The notes under the pieces are model-generated. The model saw only the letters and a list, made by a program, of their open reading frames with translations. It did not search any database and was not told the origin of the DNA. This document shows positions 9,578 through 19,366 of a stretch of DNA of 64,000 nt, in pieces. Source of the stretch: Ignavibacteriota bacterium (GTDB lineage: Bacteria > Bacteroidota > Ignavibacteria > UBA10030); contig CAVSHO010000014.1 of assembly GCA_963727825.1 (NCBI GenBank), positions 1 to 64,000 on the forward strand. Direction: 5' to 3'. The number at the start of each line of letters is the position of its first letter. Position 1 is the first letter of the stretch. The position numbers were made by a program, and so were the translations under genes.

Positions 9578-12065
9578 TTAAATATGATAAGCCAGCTTAA
9601 ATACCACATTCCGCGGTTCTTCCCAGCTTGCTCCCGTCGTGTAGGCGCCTTTAAGCAAATGCATGTGATCCAATAAATTTGAAACATAAATGGAAGATTC
9701 GAAGGAACTTCCATCAGCAAGATGAAATGTATCTGCCCGCACTGCAATTAAGTATCCAATATGGCGTCGTGTGCGCTGCCTGATTGAAATCAAATAATCC
9801 TGTTTTATAGCTGGAAACATCTTCCGGGTGGCCGTTAGAAAGTCCTGAGCCATAGGTCGCTTCAAGATTCATGAACCAATCTTGCGGCTGATAGTTGACA
9901 TCAGCCACAACGGAAAGTCTTTGATCATGATCAAGATCAGTTGCTGTGCCGTCACTGCTCGGAGGCAAAAAGCCGCCTGTCAAAGGGCCTGAGCCAATGG
10001 CATGAATGATTGAAGAATTCAAGTGGCCAGAGAGTGGTGTTGACGGATCGTTGAAAGAAAGTGCCAATTCGAGTCCTGTTGTCCTTACAGTGGCAATGTT
10101 GAACGGGGTCTTGATGGCGGTGTTACCAATTGTCGCATCATCTGTAAATGGTTGGGCTTGCTTGAAGAAAGTAGCTGTTTTTAATTTCAGACCTAATGGA
10201 AAGCGATGAGTATAAACAGCTTCATAGAAATCGCTGCGTTCGGGATACGTTGGGGTTACTGAGTTGCTGACATATTCGGCAATTGATCTAAGTCCTTCAA
10301 TATTCGTCGGCATAAAGAGCCTTCCGTAATATACATATGCTGAGCTGTTCTCATCAATCAAGAAATTCCACCGAAATCTAGGGCTAACTTGATTCTGGAG
10401 CGGAACATCTGGAGCAATGTGCTGATCATAACGAACACCTAACTCAAACGAAGTCCAGTCAAGTGGATGCCATTCAGTCTCTGCGAATATTCCAAAATCA
10501 GAACCAGTGAAATGTGTAACAATCGATGGTCCGGGATTTTGTAAAGAATCTCGTGACGTGAAATTTTCGGTTCCGATTGTGCTACTAATATTGAATCCAA
10601 CCTTATACAAGAACTGATGAGAAAGTCTTTTATCAAGTGTGGAACGGATCCCGATCGTGGTGAAGTTTCTATCTTCAAAGAGATTATAATTTGTTGTATC
10701 TCCAATGAATTGGAAACTCGGCGGATCAATATCACCGGGTGTATAGACTAAGCTCCCTTCACGTACATACGTTCCGATAAACAGGTTTTCTTCTTGATCG
10801 CTTTGTGAATTCAGCACACGAAAATAAGAAATAGATTGAATGGAGTTGCTTGTTTCTTGGGCATCAGATGCAATTTGCACTTTAGGATCATAAGGAACTT
10901 GTGTGGAGGTTCTACCAAAATTGAAATTTGCCGTAAGGTAATCGATGTCACTCAGGATATAATCGAACTTGCCATAGAGGAAATAATCAAAGCCATGGTC
11001 ATGATATAAATTTGGCACAGGTGTATCTATGCGGTGATCTGTCTCTTGCCGTGAGGCTGAGATGTAGAAGCCAAGCTTATCAATATGATCACTGATTGAT
11101 AATGATTGGCCGTCTGAGTTCAATGCCCGGAAAGGACCAACACGTCCGCCAAGCGTATCACTGTGGATAGTGGATGATGCACCGGATGCGACCTCTGTTC
11201 CAGGAGAGAATGGTTTCGTTCCATTGAAGACGAGATAACTTCCGGCATACATCGAAGCATCGAGATGAAATGTTCCTGTCGGCACACGATTATTCAGGTC
11301 GATGATAGCAGACATCTGCCCGCCATATTCAGCAGGGAATCCTCCGGTAATAAAAGTTGCGCGATCAATAACTTTCGGATCGACAACTTCATTCAATCCT
11401 CCAAATACACCAAGTGGAACCGGAATCCCATCGATGTAGTATGTAAATTCACCGTGTTGTCCTCGAATATGTACTTCACTTGTTGGCGCACGCGCTGCAC
11501 CCATGGCGTTTTCCTGTATCAGATTTGTCATTTGAGCAGTCGGTGGAGGGTGATAGGTTTCAGATTCGAAGGTTTGATTACCGGTTTTCAAGTCTATATT
11601 TGAGACTCCAAGTTCACGCTGGCCGACTACTTCAACACCTTGAGATTGATTTTCCTTTTCCCGGAGGTTTATCGTGAAGAGCGTTTGATCCTTATTTATC
11701 AGAATTGAATCTGAAAACATTTGATAGCCCACGAACCATGCAGTCAACGTGTACGAGCCGGGTTGAATATCACGAAACCACACTTGTCCTGTCGTGTTGG
11801 TCGCATCCTGTGCAATAACTTTTTTCCCACACTGCAAAACTACTCGTGCAAGACCGATGGGGATTTTTTCTTTAGCGTCATAAACGGCTATTCTAAAATC
11901 AATGCCCTCTTTACCTTTAGTTGTGGAATTTCTAGCCACCGAATTCGATGTGACTGGTTCTGTTTTTTCGGCGCCGATCAAACGGTTGACAATTGTACCG
12001 TTTTGAGCCGTTGTAATCACGTTTAACTTCAAAATAACAAAAGCAATAAATATTACTCGTCTCAT
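9578..12065 (-). pseudogene. TonB-dependent receptor (paralog of 13535-15961) with one extra base near 9731-9738
   Basis: ORF 9714-12065 aligns to the paralog up to HTTPYWILN. The conserved end (TFHLA…EEPRNVVFKLAYHI) is in another frame and stops at 9578. The span is 2488 nt (3n+1). Confidence 0.85.
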
Positions 12066-12098
12066 ATTTTGTTATAGTCCTTGAATATCTCATTATAT

Positions 12099-12116
12099 TG
12101 TTAGATGTATCTAACA
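12099..12116. promoter_or_regulatory. Putative DtxR/MntR operator
   Basis: Perfect palindrome TGTTAGAT-gt-ATCTAACA between the divergent receptor and regulator genes; TTAG…CTAA is the DtxR-family operator core. Confidence 0.75.
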
Positions 12117-12158
12117 TTTAGAACCATAGATAATCGAGAAAAGTTCATTTATTCTCTT

Positions 12159-12166
12159 TATATTTG
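12159..12166 (+). promoter_or_regulatory. Bacteroidota-type -7 promoter element (TATATTTG) for the regulator
   Basis: Matches TAnnTTTG, ending 6 nt before ATG 12173, so the leader is very short or absent. Confidence 0.55.
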
Positions 12167-12172
12167 TGGTGT

Positions 12173-12820
12173 ATGAATTCCCTAGTAGAAGAGAATTATT
12201 TAAAAGCGATGTTTTCCCTTTCTGAAGACTCGGGAGAAGTCAACGTAACCAACCTCTCTGAAAAGTTGGGGATTACCATGCCCACAGTCACAAGCATGAT
12301 GAGAAAGTTTGCTCAAAAGCGTCTCGTTGAATACAAACCTTACAAGCCTCTACGCCTCACCGAAAAAGGAAAGAAGGAAGCGCGCCTCATCATTCGCAGA
12401 CATCGTCTCACCGAAATGTTTCTTGTTGATAAAATGGGCTTTGGTTGGGAAGAAGTACATAAAATTGCCGAGCAATTGGAACATGTGCAGGCGCCGGAAT
12501 TATTTGAAAGAATGGACACTCTCCTCAACTTTCCAAAAATTGATCCACACGGCGAGCCTATACCCGACAAAACCGGTCTTTACAAACAGGAGAAGTTGTC
12601 TAGACTCAGCAATCGCAAAGCTGGTGAGATTGTTATGTTAAAGGCTGTGGAGAACGCGACAGACGATTTCCTGAAATTTCTGAACAAGCGCGATATCCGT
12701 TTAGGATTGGAAATCAGAATACATGCTGTTGAACAATACGATGGAAGCATGCTGGTAAGTTACGGCAAGAGATCTTCTGAAACTCTGAGTCACACGATTT
12801 GCGAAAGATTGTTGGTGTGA
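12173..12820 (+). CDS. mntR: DtxR/MntR family metal-dependent repressor with C-terminal FeoA domain
   Basis: EENYLKA, HTH region, RRHRLTEMFL, AEQLEH, DPHGEPIP. Confidence 0.92.
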   Translation: MNSLVEENYLKAMFSLSEDSGEVNVTNLSEKLGITMPTVTSMMRKFAQKRLVEYKPYKPLRLTEKGKKEARLIIRRHRLTEMFLVDKMGFGWEEVHKIAEQLEHVQAPELFERMDTLLNFPKIDPHGEPIPDKTGLYKQEKLSRLSNRKAGEIVMLKAVENATDDFLKFLNKRDIRLGLEIRIHAVEQYDGSMLVSYGKRSSETLSHTICERLLV

Positions 12821-12838
12821 AAAACATTCCTTACAACA

Positions 12839-13466
12839 TCAAACTATTCCTTCCTCCGCGATCTCATGTTTGCAGACCGCATCTTCAGGCCACAACAACA
12901 GCTCGCCGCTTGCTCTAATCTCATTTATAGTTGACCAGATAAACCAGAACGCAATACCAATTCCAATCAATGGATCGAACTCAGCTTTTCCTATGATCCA
13001 AACAAGAACTCCAGCGAGAACCGGTATTAACGAAACATAGGTATCACTAAGATTGTGGATATATGCCAATCGAATTGGTGCATTCAGATTCTGAACATTT
13101 TTCAAGACTCGTGCGACACTCCAATTGCCTAAAGCTGCAAACAAACCCGCAATAGCCGGAAATAGGGCAAGAATTGGAACAGGATGAAAGAGACGATGGA
13201 TTGCCTGTAAGATGAGAAGCGCACTGATGAAAATCAATCCAACAGAATTAAGAGCATTGGCAAACCGTTGAAGGTTTTTGGAAAGTTTTACTGTGAGGAC
13301 ATAAGCAAGATACAAGCATACAAGCGCGAGTTCATCTGAGAAGTTATGGATCGCGTCCATTATGAGACTCATGCTTTCGGCCCTGTAGCCAGCAATTCCT
13401 TCGCCAATAAATATTACAGCGTTGAGAATAGAAGCAACTGCAAGCGGTTTACGTACGTGCGCCCAT
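12839..13466 (-). pseudogene. Cation diffusion facilitator (CDF) lacking the cytoplasmic C-terminal domain; start codon out of frame by one base
   Basis: HNFSD and HNLSD metal-site motifs. TM1 (VRKPLAVASILNAVIFIGEGIAGYRAES) is in frame upstream of Met 13372, but ATG 13466 joins it only if one G of ATGGGCG is removed. Confidence 0.75.
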
Positions 13467-13482
13467 TATTGGATATTTTAAA

Positions 13483-13516
13483 TGAAGGGAGAGATTGTTA
13501 GTTCACTCTCCCTTCA
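13483..13516 (-). terminator. Hairpin (terminator or stabiliser) after TonB-dependent receptor copy 2
   Basis: Perfect 11-bp stem TGAAGGGAGAG…CTCTCCCTTCA with a short U tract. Confidence 0.6.
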
Positions 13517-13534
13517 ATCATTAAAAAATATTTC

Positions 13535-15961
13535 TTAAATATGATAAGCCAGTTTGAATACTACGTTGCGCGGTTCTTCAAAACTCGCTGCACTGAAGTA
13601 TGCGCCTTTAATCAAATGTACGTTGTCGAGTAAATTGGTGATATAAATGGAAGGCTCAAGCGAAGCACTTCCTGCCAAATGGAATGTGTATCCTCCGCCT
13701 ATATTGAAAATCCATGACGGAGTCGTATGAGCCGCTTGATTAAAATCGAACAATCCTGTTCCAAACGAGATTGCATTTCCGTTCGTAAGGCCCGATCCAT
13801 AAATAGCAACAAGATTAGCAAACCAATTCTGTGGTTGATAATTTATTCCCGCAACAACGGATAGTCTCTGGTCGTGATCGAGATCTGTTGCAGTCCCGTC
13901 ATCATCGAGTGGAAGAAAACCGCCGCTAATAAGTCCGGTTCCATAAGCGTGAATGATTGATGTGTTAAGATAGCCAGAGAAAGGAATAACGGGATCGCTG
14001 TACGAAAGCCCGAGCTCAATACCTGTTGTCCGCACCTGTGCAATGTTCACGGGAGTTTTAATTGCAGACGACCCGATGGATTGATCGTCTACTCCTGGCG
14101 TCGCATATTTGTAGAACACACCTGTCTTACTGCGCAAACCGAATGGGAATAGATGCGTGAATACTGCTTCATAAAAGTCATCCCGTTCCGGCAGCGTTGG
14201 TACAAGCGTAACATCCGATCCATTGAAATTGACTGCAATAGATTTTAGCCCTTCGATATTATTCGGCATGAACATGCGTCCATAATACAAATATGCCGTA
14301 TTGTCTTCATCAATTAAAAAATTCCACCGGATGCGCGGGCTGACTTGACTTTGAAGAGGCATATCTGGAGCAATGTGTTGGTCATATCGAGTGCCGAATT
14401 CGATTGACGTCCATTCCATCGGATGCCATTCTGCTTGCAAAAATATTCCAAAATCCGATCCGGTAAAATCAGTTACTAAAGACGGGCCCACATTGCCAGC
14501 AGAGTCATGCGAAGTAAAGTTTTCTGTTCCACTCGTCGCACTGAGGTTAAAACCAGCTTTGTACATAAACTCGTGAGAAAGCCTCTTGTCGTATGTTGAC
14601 CGAATACCGAATGTCGCAAAACTCCGATCTTCTGCGATCACATAACTGTGCGTCGTGTCTCCCGCAAATTTAGATAGAGCTGGATCGTTACTGCCCGGAG
14701 AGTAGATCAATCCGCCTTCGCGCGCATAAACACCGGCAAAGAAGTTTGTTTCATGGTCTGCTTCTGAGTTGATAGTGCGAAAATAGGAAAGAGTCTGAAA
14801 CGAGTTTGTCGTGGTCTGCATATCGTTAACGATTTGCTCCACAGAATCAAACGGGATTTGCGTGTTCGTTCTTCCGAAATTTAAATTTGCCGTTATATAA
14901 TCAACATTACTCAAAACATAATCGGCTTTGCCGAAGAGAAAATAATCCTGGCCCTGATCATGAAACAGTTGTTCGACAGGCTGATCGATACGGCGGTCGG
15001 TTTCCTGTCGAGATCCTGAAATAAAAAATCCGAGATCACTAATGTGATCACTTATGGATAAAGCCTGGCCGTTGGAATTCAAAGCGCGAAACGATCCAAC
15101 TCGATCTGATTCTTCCGTCGCATCAGACACTAAATAACTTCCAAAAAATGTCGATGCATCGAAATGAAACTCTCCGGTTGGAACCCGATTTTTTAGATCA
15201 ATGATTGCAGCATTTTGCCCACCGTACTCCGCCGAAAATCCTCCTGTGATAAATGTAGCACGATCGATCACTTTTTGATCGACGACATCATTGAGTCCGC
15301 CGAATACACCAAGCGGTACAGGAAGCCCATCGACGTAGTATGTGAATTCTCCATGCTGTCCTCGAATATGTACTTCGCCCGTTGGTGCACGTGCTGCTCC
15401 CAAAATGTTTTCCTGTACCAGATTCGTCATCTGAGCAATTGGCGCAGGATGAAATGTTTCAGATTCGAACACTTGATTGCCTGTATTGAGATTGATACTT
15501 GTAACGGCAATCTCCCGTTGTCCGACAACTTCCACTTCTTCTTCAGAGTTTCCTTGTGAGCGTAGAAATATTTGATATGTAGTATGTTTATTATCGATTA
15601 CAACCGTGTCTGTAAAAGTTCTGTAACCGACAAACCATGCTTGCACCACATACTTGCCTGATGCGATGTCGCGAAATCGTGCTTGCCCGGAAGGAGTAGT
15701 AACTTGTTCCGAAATAAATTTCCCATTTCGTTTTAGTACGACACGTGCAAGCTCAATAGGTCCATTTCCGCTGGAATCATTGACGATAACTTTCCATTGA
15801 ATGCCGCGTTCAGTTCCGCTTGGGTCTAAATTTGATTTATCTGGTGCTTCGGACGATGGGTTCGATAAATAATTATGATAAGCTATTTGGTTCGATGAAT
15901 TTTGTGCAAAAGAAAAATTAAAGAGCACGAGCAATGTTGTAAGTACAAAAAATATACGCAT
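13535..15961 (-). CDS. TonB-dependent receptor with N-terminal carboxypeptidase-regulatory-like domain
   Basis: Signal peptide, EEVEVVG TonB-box-like segment, plug motifs VHIRG…YYVDGLP and ITGGFSAEYG, NLLD, PRNV, C-terminal beta-strand. Confidence 0.92.
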   Translation of the reverse strand: MRIFFVLTTLLVLFNFSFAQNSSNQIAYHNYLSNPSSEAPDKSNLDPSGTERGIQWKVIVNDSSGNGPIELARVVLKRNGKFISEQVTTPSGQARFRDIASGKYVVQAWFVGYRTFTDTVVIDNKHTTYQIFLRSQGNSEEEVEVVGQREIAVTSINLNTGNQVFESETFHPAPIAQMTNLVQENILGAARAPTGEVHIRGQHGEFTYYVDGLPVPLGVFGGLNDVVDQKVIDRATFITGGFSAEYGGQNAAIIDLKNRVPTGEFHFDASTFFGSYLVSDATEESDRVGSFRALNSNGQALSISDHISDLGFFISGSRQETDRRIDQPVEQLFHDQGQDYFLFGKADYVLSNVDYITANLNFGRTNTQIPFDSVEQIVNDMQTTTNSFQTLSYFRTINSEADHETNFFAGVYAREGGLIYSPGSNDPALSKFAGDTTHSYVIAEDRSFATFGIRSTYDKRLSHEFMYKAGFNLSATSGTENFTSHDSAGNVGPSLVTDFTGSDFGIFLQAEWHPMEWTSIEFGTRYDQHIAPDMPLQSQVSPRIRWNFLIDEDNTAYLYYGRMFMPNNIEGLKSIAVNFNGSDVTLVPTLPERDDFYEAVFTHLFPFGLRSKTGVFYKYATPGVDDQSIGSSAIKTPVNIAQVRTTGIELGLSYSDPVIPFSGYLNTSIIHAYGTGLISGGFLPLDDDGTATDLDHDQRLSVVAGINYQPQNWFANLVAIYGSGLTNGNAISFGTGLFDFNQAAHTTPSWIFNIGGGYTFHLAGSASLEPSIYITNLLDNVHLIKGAYFSAASFEEPRNVVFKLAYHI

Positions 15962-16049
15962 ATTTCCTTCTCCTCGATATAGGAATTAATGAGAACTCCG
16001 AAAAGAAAGCTTTCCGGTATTCTGTTCTTAAAATGTTTTTAAAAAATAT

Positions 16050-16406
16050 TTAACCGAGAAAAGAAGGAGGACCGCGGCGAGAAAACGACCCAAAAAGATG
16101 GGTTTGAAGAGATGGAATTGTCGGAACAATTTCTGTCTTACCGACAATCTGAATTTGACCGTTATCAAATGAGTTTTGATCAGGAGCAGTTACGCTATGA
16201 TGAGAGAGACAAATTGGGCAATCAGAATGTTCCGATAATGGAATGTGTTTGCAGTGATCAGCATCTTCGTGCGGAAATACCTGTTGTTGCTGTGAACTTG
16301 AGTAAAAGATTATGTCGTTGTGAAATATAGAATGAAGCCCGAAGCCTAGTAGATGGCTTAGAATAAGGAAAAGCGCGAATATTTTATTTCGTATTGGTGC
16401 TTTCAT
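16050..16406 (-). CDS. DUF2946/CruR-like leader protein (signal or TM segment, His-rich, CPIC, C-terminal RGPP)
   Basis: Hydrophobic N-terminus, HEDADHCKH…HSDCPICLSHH, ends RRGPPSFLG; 88 bp upstream of the receptor gene. Confidence 0.8.
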   Translation of the reverse strand: MKAPIRNKIFALFLILSHLLGFGLHSIFHNDIIFYSSSQQQQVFPHEDADHCKHIPLSEHSDCPICLSHHSVTAPDQNSFDNGQIQIVGKTEIVPTIPSLQTHLFGSFSRRGPPSFLG

Positions 16407-16570
16407 AAGATAATCTTGATAATATAATAACGAAAAATCTGGTAAAAAGTTCCATTGTAATTTTGATATACTCCAGTTGTTTGAAGAAATTGTATTGAAG
16501 ATGGTTATGCCTACCTTTTCTTATTGATTCAAGCGCGTACAACTTCATTGTAACTGCTTAGTGGTTTTTG

Positions 16571-16578
16571 TATATTTG
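16571..16578 (+). promoter_or_regulatory. -7 promoter element (TATATTTG) for the dusB operon
   Basis: TAnnTTTG match 14 nt before ATG 16593. Confidence 0.55.
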
Positions 16579-16592
16579 ACTAAGAAATATTT

Positions 16593-17603
16593 ATGCGCAT
16601 CGGCACAATTTACATAGAAAGACCATTGCTTTTGGCACCAATGGAAGACGTTACAGATCAAGCCTTCCGTATCGTCTGCAAACACCTTGGCGCTGATATT
16701 GTCTTTACAGAATTTGTCAACTCGGAAGGACTTGTCCGCAATTCCTTAAAGACAAAAAGGAAAATGGATTTTCGTGAAGAAGAACGTCCGTTTGGAATTC
16801 AAATTTATGGTGGGGAAGAGTCTTCGATGGAAGGTGCGGCGCGCATAGCTGAAAGCCTTCAGCCGGATATAATCGATATCAATTGTGGCTGCTGGGTGCG
16901 TAATGTTGTCGGGTGCGGGGCAGGTTCCGGATTATTGCGCGATATTCCAAAAATGGAACGAATCATCTCAGCAGTCGTAAAGACTGTCAAATTACCAGTG
17001 ACAGTAAAAACTCGTCTTGGCTGGGATGCTGAATCAATCAAAATTGTTGATATTGCTCAAATGGTTGAACAAACTGGCGCAACTGCTCTTACGATTCATT
17101 GCCGGACACGGTCTCAAGCACATAAGGGCGAGACGAATTTTTCTTGGATTCCAAAAGTTAAATCAGCCGTTTCAATTCCAATTATTGCAAATGGCTCATT
17201 AGATACTCCACAAAAAATCATTCAGGCATTTCAGGAAACAGGATGCGATGGAGTTATGATCGGGCGAGGCGCAATCGAAAATCCTTGGATATTTCAACAA
17301 ACAAAATATTTTCTCGCTACAAATACAATTCTTCCTGATCCGACAATTGAAGAGCGATTCCGCGTCCTGACTGAACATCTCTTACTTTCAACTGAATGTA
17401 AGGGTGAAAGGAAGGGTGTAATTGAATTCAGGAAACACTATAGTGGATATCTGAAAGGATTGTACGGTGCATCAAAGGTGCGCCAGGAAATGATGCAGTA
17501 TCTTGACCTGGAACAAGCAGTCCAGCGTTTACACCGATATAAGGAAGATATTCTCGCATACGCTGCTGTACAAACGAATTCGGGCACTATGGAAGCAGCT
17601 TGA
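16593..17603 (+). CDS. dusB: tRNA-dihydrouridine synthase
   Basis: LAPMEDVTD, DINCGC, VTVKTRLGW, IHCRT, GVMIGRGAIENPWIF. Confidence 0.92.
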   Translation: MRIGTIYIERPLLLAPMEDVTDQAFRIVCKHLGADIVFTEFVNSEGLVRNSLKTKRKMDFREEERPFGIQIYGGEESSMEGAARIAESLQPDIIDINCGCWVRNVVGCGAGSGLLRDIPKMERIISAVVKTVKLPVTVKTRLGWDAESIKIVDIAQMVEQTGATALTIHCRTRSQAHKGETNFSWIPKVKSAVSIPIIANGSLDTPQKIIQAFQETGCDGVMIGRGAIENPWIFQQTKYFLATNTILPDPTIEERFRVLTEHLLLSTECKGERKGVIEFRKHYSGYLKGLYGASKVRQEMMQYLDLEQAVQRLHRYKEDILAYAAVQTNSGTMEAA

Positions 17604-19366
17604 TGGATAAAAAGAGTGTTATTGAGATATTGGATGAAATTGGAACTCTTCTTGAATTGACTGGAGAGAATCCTTTCCGTTCGCGTGCCTATCACAATGC
17701 CGCGCAAGTTGTTGGTGGATTAACAGACAATCTCGATGAACTTGTTCAGAATGGCATGCTTACATCAATCAAAGGCATTGGTCAAGGACTTGCGGATACC
17801 ATTACAGAATTACTTCAAACTGGTAAAGCCAAAATGCATGAAGAACTCCGTGCAAAAGTTCCATCTGGATTGCTAGAGATGCTTCGCATACAGGGTTTGG
17901 GTCCAAGAAAAATTAAAACGCTTTATGAAAAATTAAAAATAACATCCATCACAGAATTACGAGAAGCATGCGAGAAACAACACCTTCGTTTATTAGACGG
18001 CTTTGGCGCCAAGACAGAAGAAAATATTCTTAAAAATATTTCTCATTTTGAGCGCACCAGCAACAAGCACCTCTATCCACAAGCGTTTGAATCCGCAGAG
18101 AAGATAATCGCAGTACTGAAAAAAATAAAAAGCGTGAAGCAATGCAATTATGCTGGCAGTCTTCGGCGGCGCAAAGAAATAATTGGAGATATCGACATTT
18201 TAATAAGTGCATCTGATCGAGCACGAATTGAAATTATTTCGGCCTTTACGAAACAGGAAGATGTTGAATCTATAGTCGCATCCGGCGACACAAAAGCTGC
18301 TGTTATTCTAAAGAATGGAATACAATGCGATCTCCGTATTGTATCAGACCAAGAATATCCGTTTGCATTGAATTATTTCACGGGGAGTAAAGAACATAAT
18401 GTGGAAATGCGGTCGCTTGCGCGAAAATTCGGTTTAAGTCTTAATGAGTACGGCTTTACCCGAATTGAAGGTTCCAAATCGGGAAAAAAAAGGAAACAAA
18501 TTCCAACCTGTAATAATGAAGAAGATATCTACAAAGCTCTAGGACTTCATTACATTCCACCGGAGCTTAGAGAGAATACAGGTGAGATTGAATTTGCACA
18601 AAAGCATTCAATTCCAAAGCTTATCGAACTTAACGATATTCGTGGAGCATTTCATTGTCATACAACAGACAGCGATGGTATTAATTCACTCGATCAAATG
18701 ATTGAAGCTGCCCAGAGTCTTGGCTGGCAATACATTGGCTTCGCTGACCACAGTCAAGCTGCAGCGTATGCTGGCGGTATGACACCAGAAAAAGCGCGCG
18801 AGCAAATGAAACATATTGACCGTATAAACGGAAAAAATAAGAACTTCCATATCTTTAAAGGAATCGAGTGCGACATTCTTCCTGACGGTTCTATGGATTA
18901 CGATGATAGATTACTTTCAGAATTTGACTATGTTGTTGCGTCTATTCATAACAAATTCAAAATGACTGAAGACGAAGCAACAAAGCGGATAATCAAAGCT
19001 TTGAAGAATAAATATGTAACAATGCTTGGGCATCCTACAGGCAGACTTTTACTCCAACGTGAAGGGTATCCAGTAAAGATGCTGGAAGTTATCGCAGCGG
19101 CTGCTGATTATGGAAAGGCAATTGAAATCAATGCGCACCCAATGCGTCTTGATCTGGATTGGCGGTTTCTGAAGCATGCAAAAGAAAAAGGAGTTCCAAT
19201 TTTTATTAATCCGGATGCCCACAATATTGATGGGCTTGGAGATGTTCAATATGGCGTTGGAATTGCTCGTAAGGGCTGGCTTGAATCAAAAGATGTGGTA
19301 AATACTTGGACTATTAAACAAGTTTTCAATTATCTCAAAATAATGAATATGGAGAGAGAACAATGA
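17600..19366 (+). CDS. polX: DNA polymerase X with PHP 3'-5' exonuclease domain
   Basis: ENPFRSRAY, GSLRR…GDIDIL, DLRIV, FTGSKEHN; PHP motifs HCHT..SDG, ADHS, GHPTGRL, PDAH. Confidence 0.95.
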   Translation: MMDKKSVIEILDEIGTLLELTGENPFRSRAYHNAAQVVGGLTDNLDELVQNGMLTSIKGIGQGLADTITELLQTGKAKMHEELRAKVPSGLLEMLRIQGLGPRKIKTLYEKLKITSITELREACEKQHLRLLDGFGAKTEENILKNISHFERTSNKHLYPQAFESAEKIIAVLKKIKSVKQCNYAGSLRRRKEIIGDIDILISASDRARIEIISAFTKQEDVESIVASGDTKAAVILKNGIQCDLRIVSDQEYPFALNYFTGSKEHNVEMRSLARKFGLSLNEYGFTRIEGSKSGKKRKQIPTCNNEEDIYKALGLHYIPPELRENTGEIEFAQKHSIPKLIELNDIRGAFHCHTTDSDGINSLDQMIEAAQSLGWQYIGFADHSQAAAYAGGMTPEKAREQMKHIDRINGKNKNFHIFKGIECDILPDGSMDYDDRLLSEFDYVVASIHNKFKMTEDEATKRIIKALKNKYVTMLGHPTGRLLLQREGYPVKMLEVIAAAADYGKAIEINAHPMRLDLDWRFLKHAKEKGVPIFINPDAHNIDGLGDVQYGVGIARKGWLESKDVVNTWTIKQVFNYLKIMNMEREQ

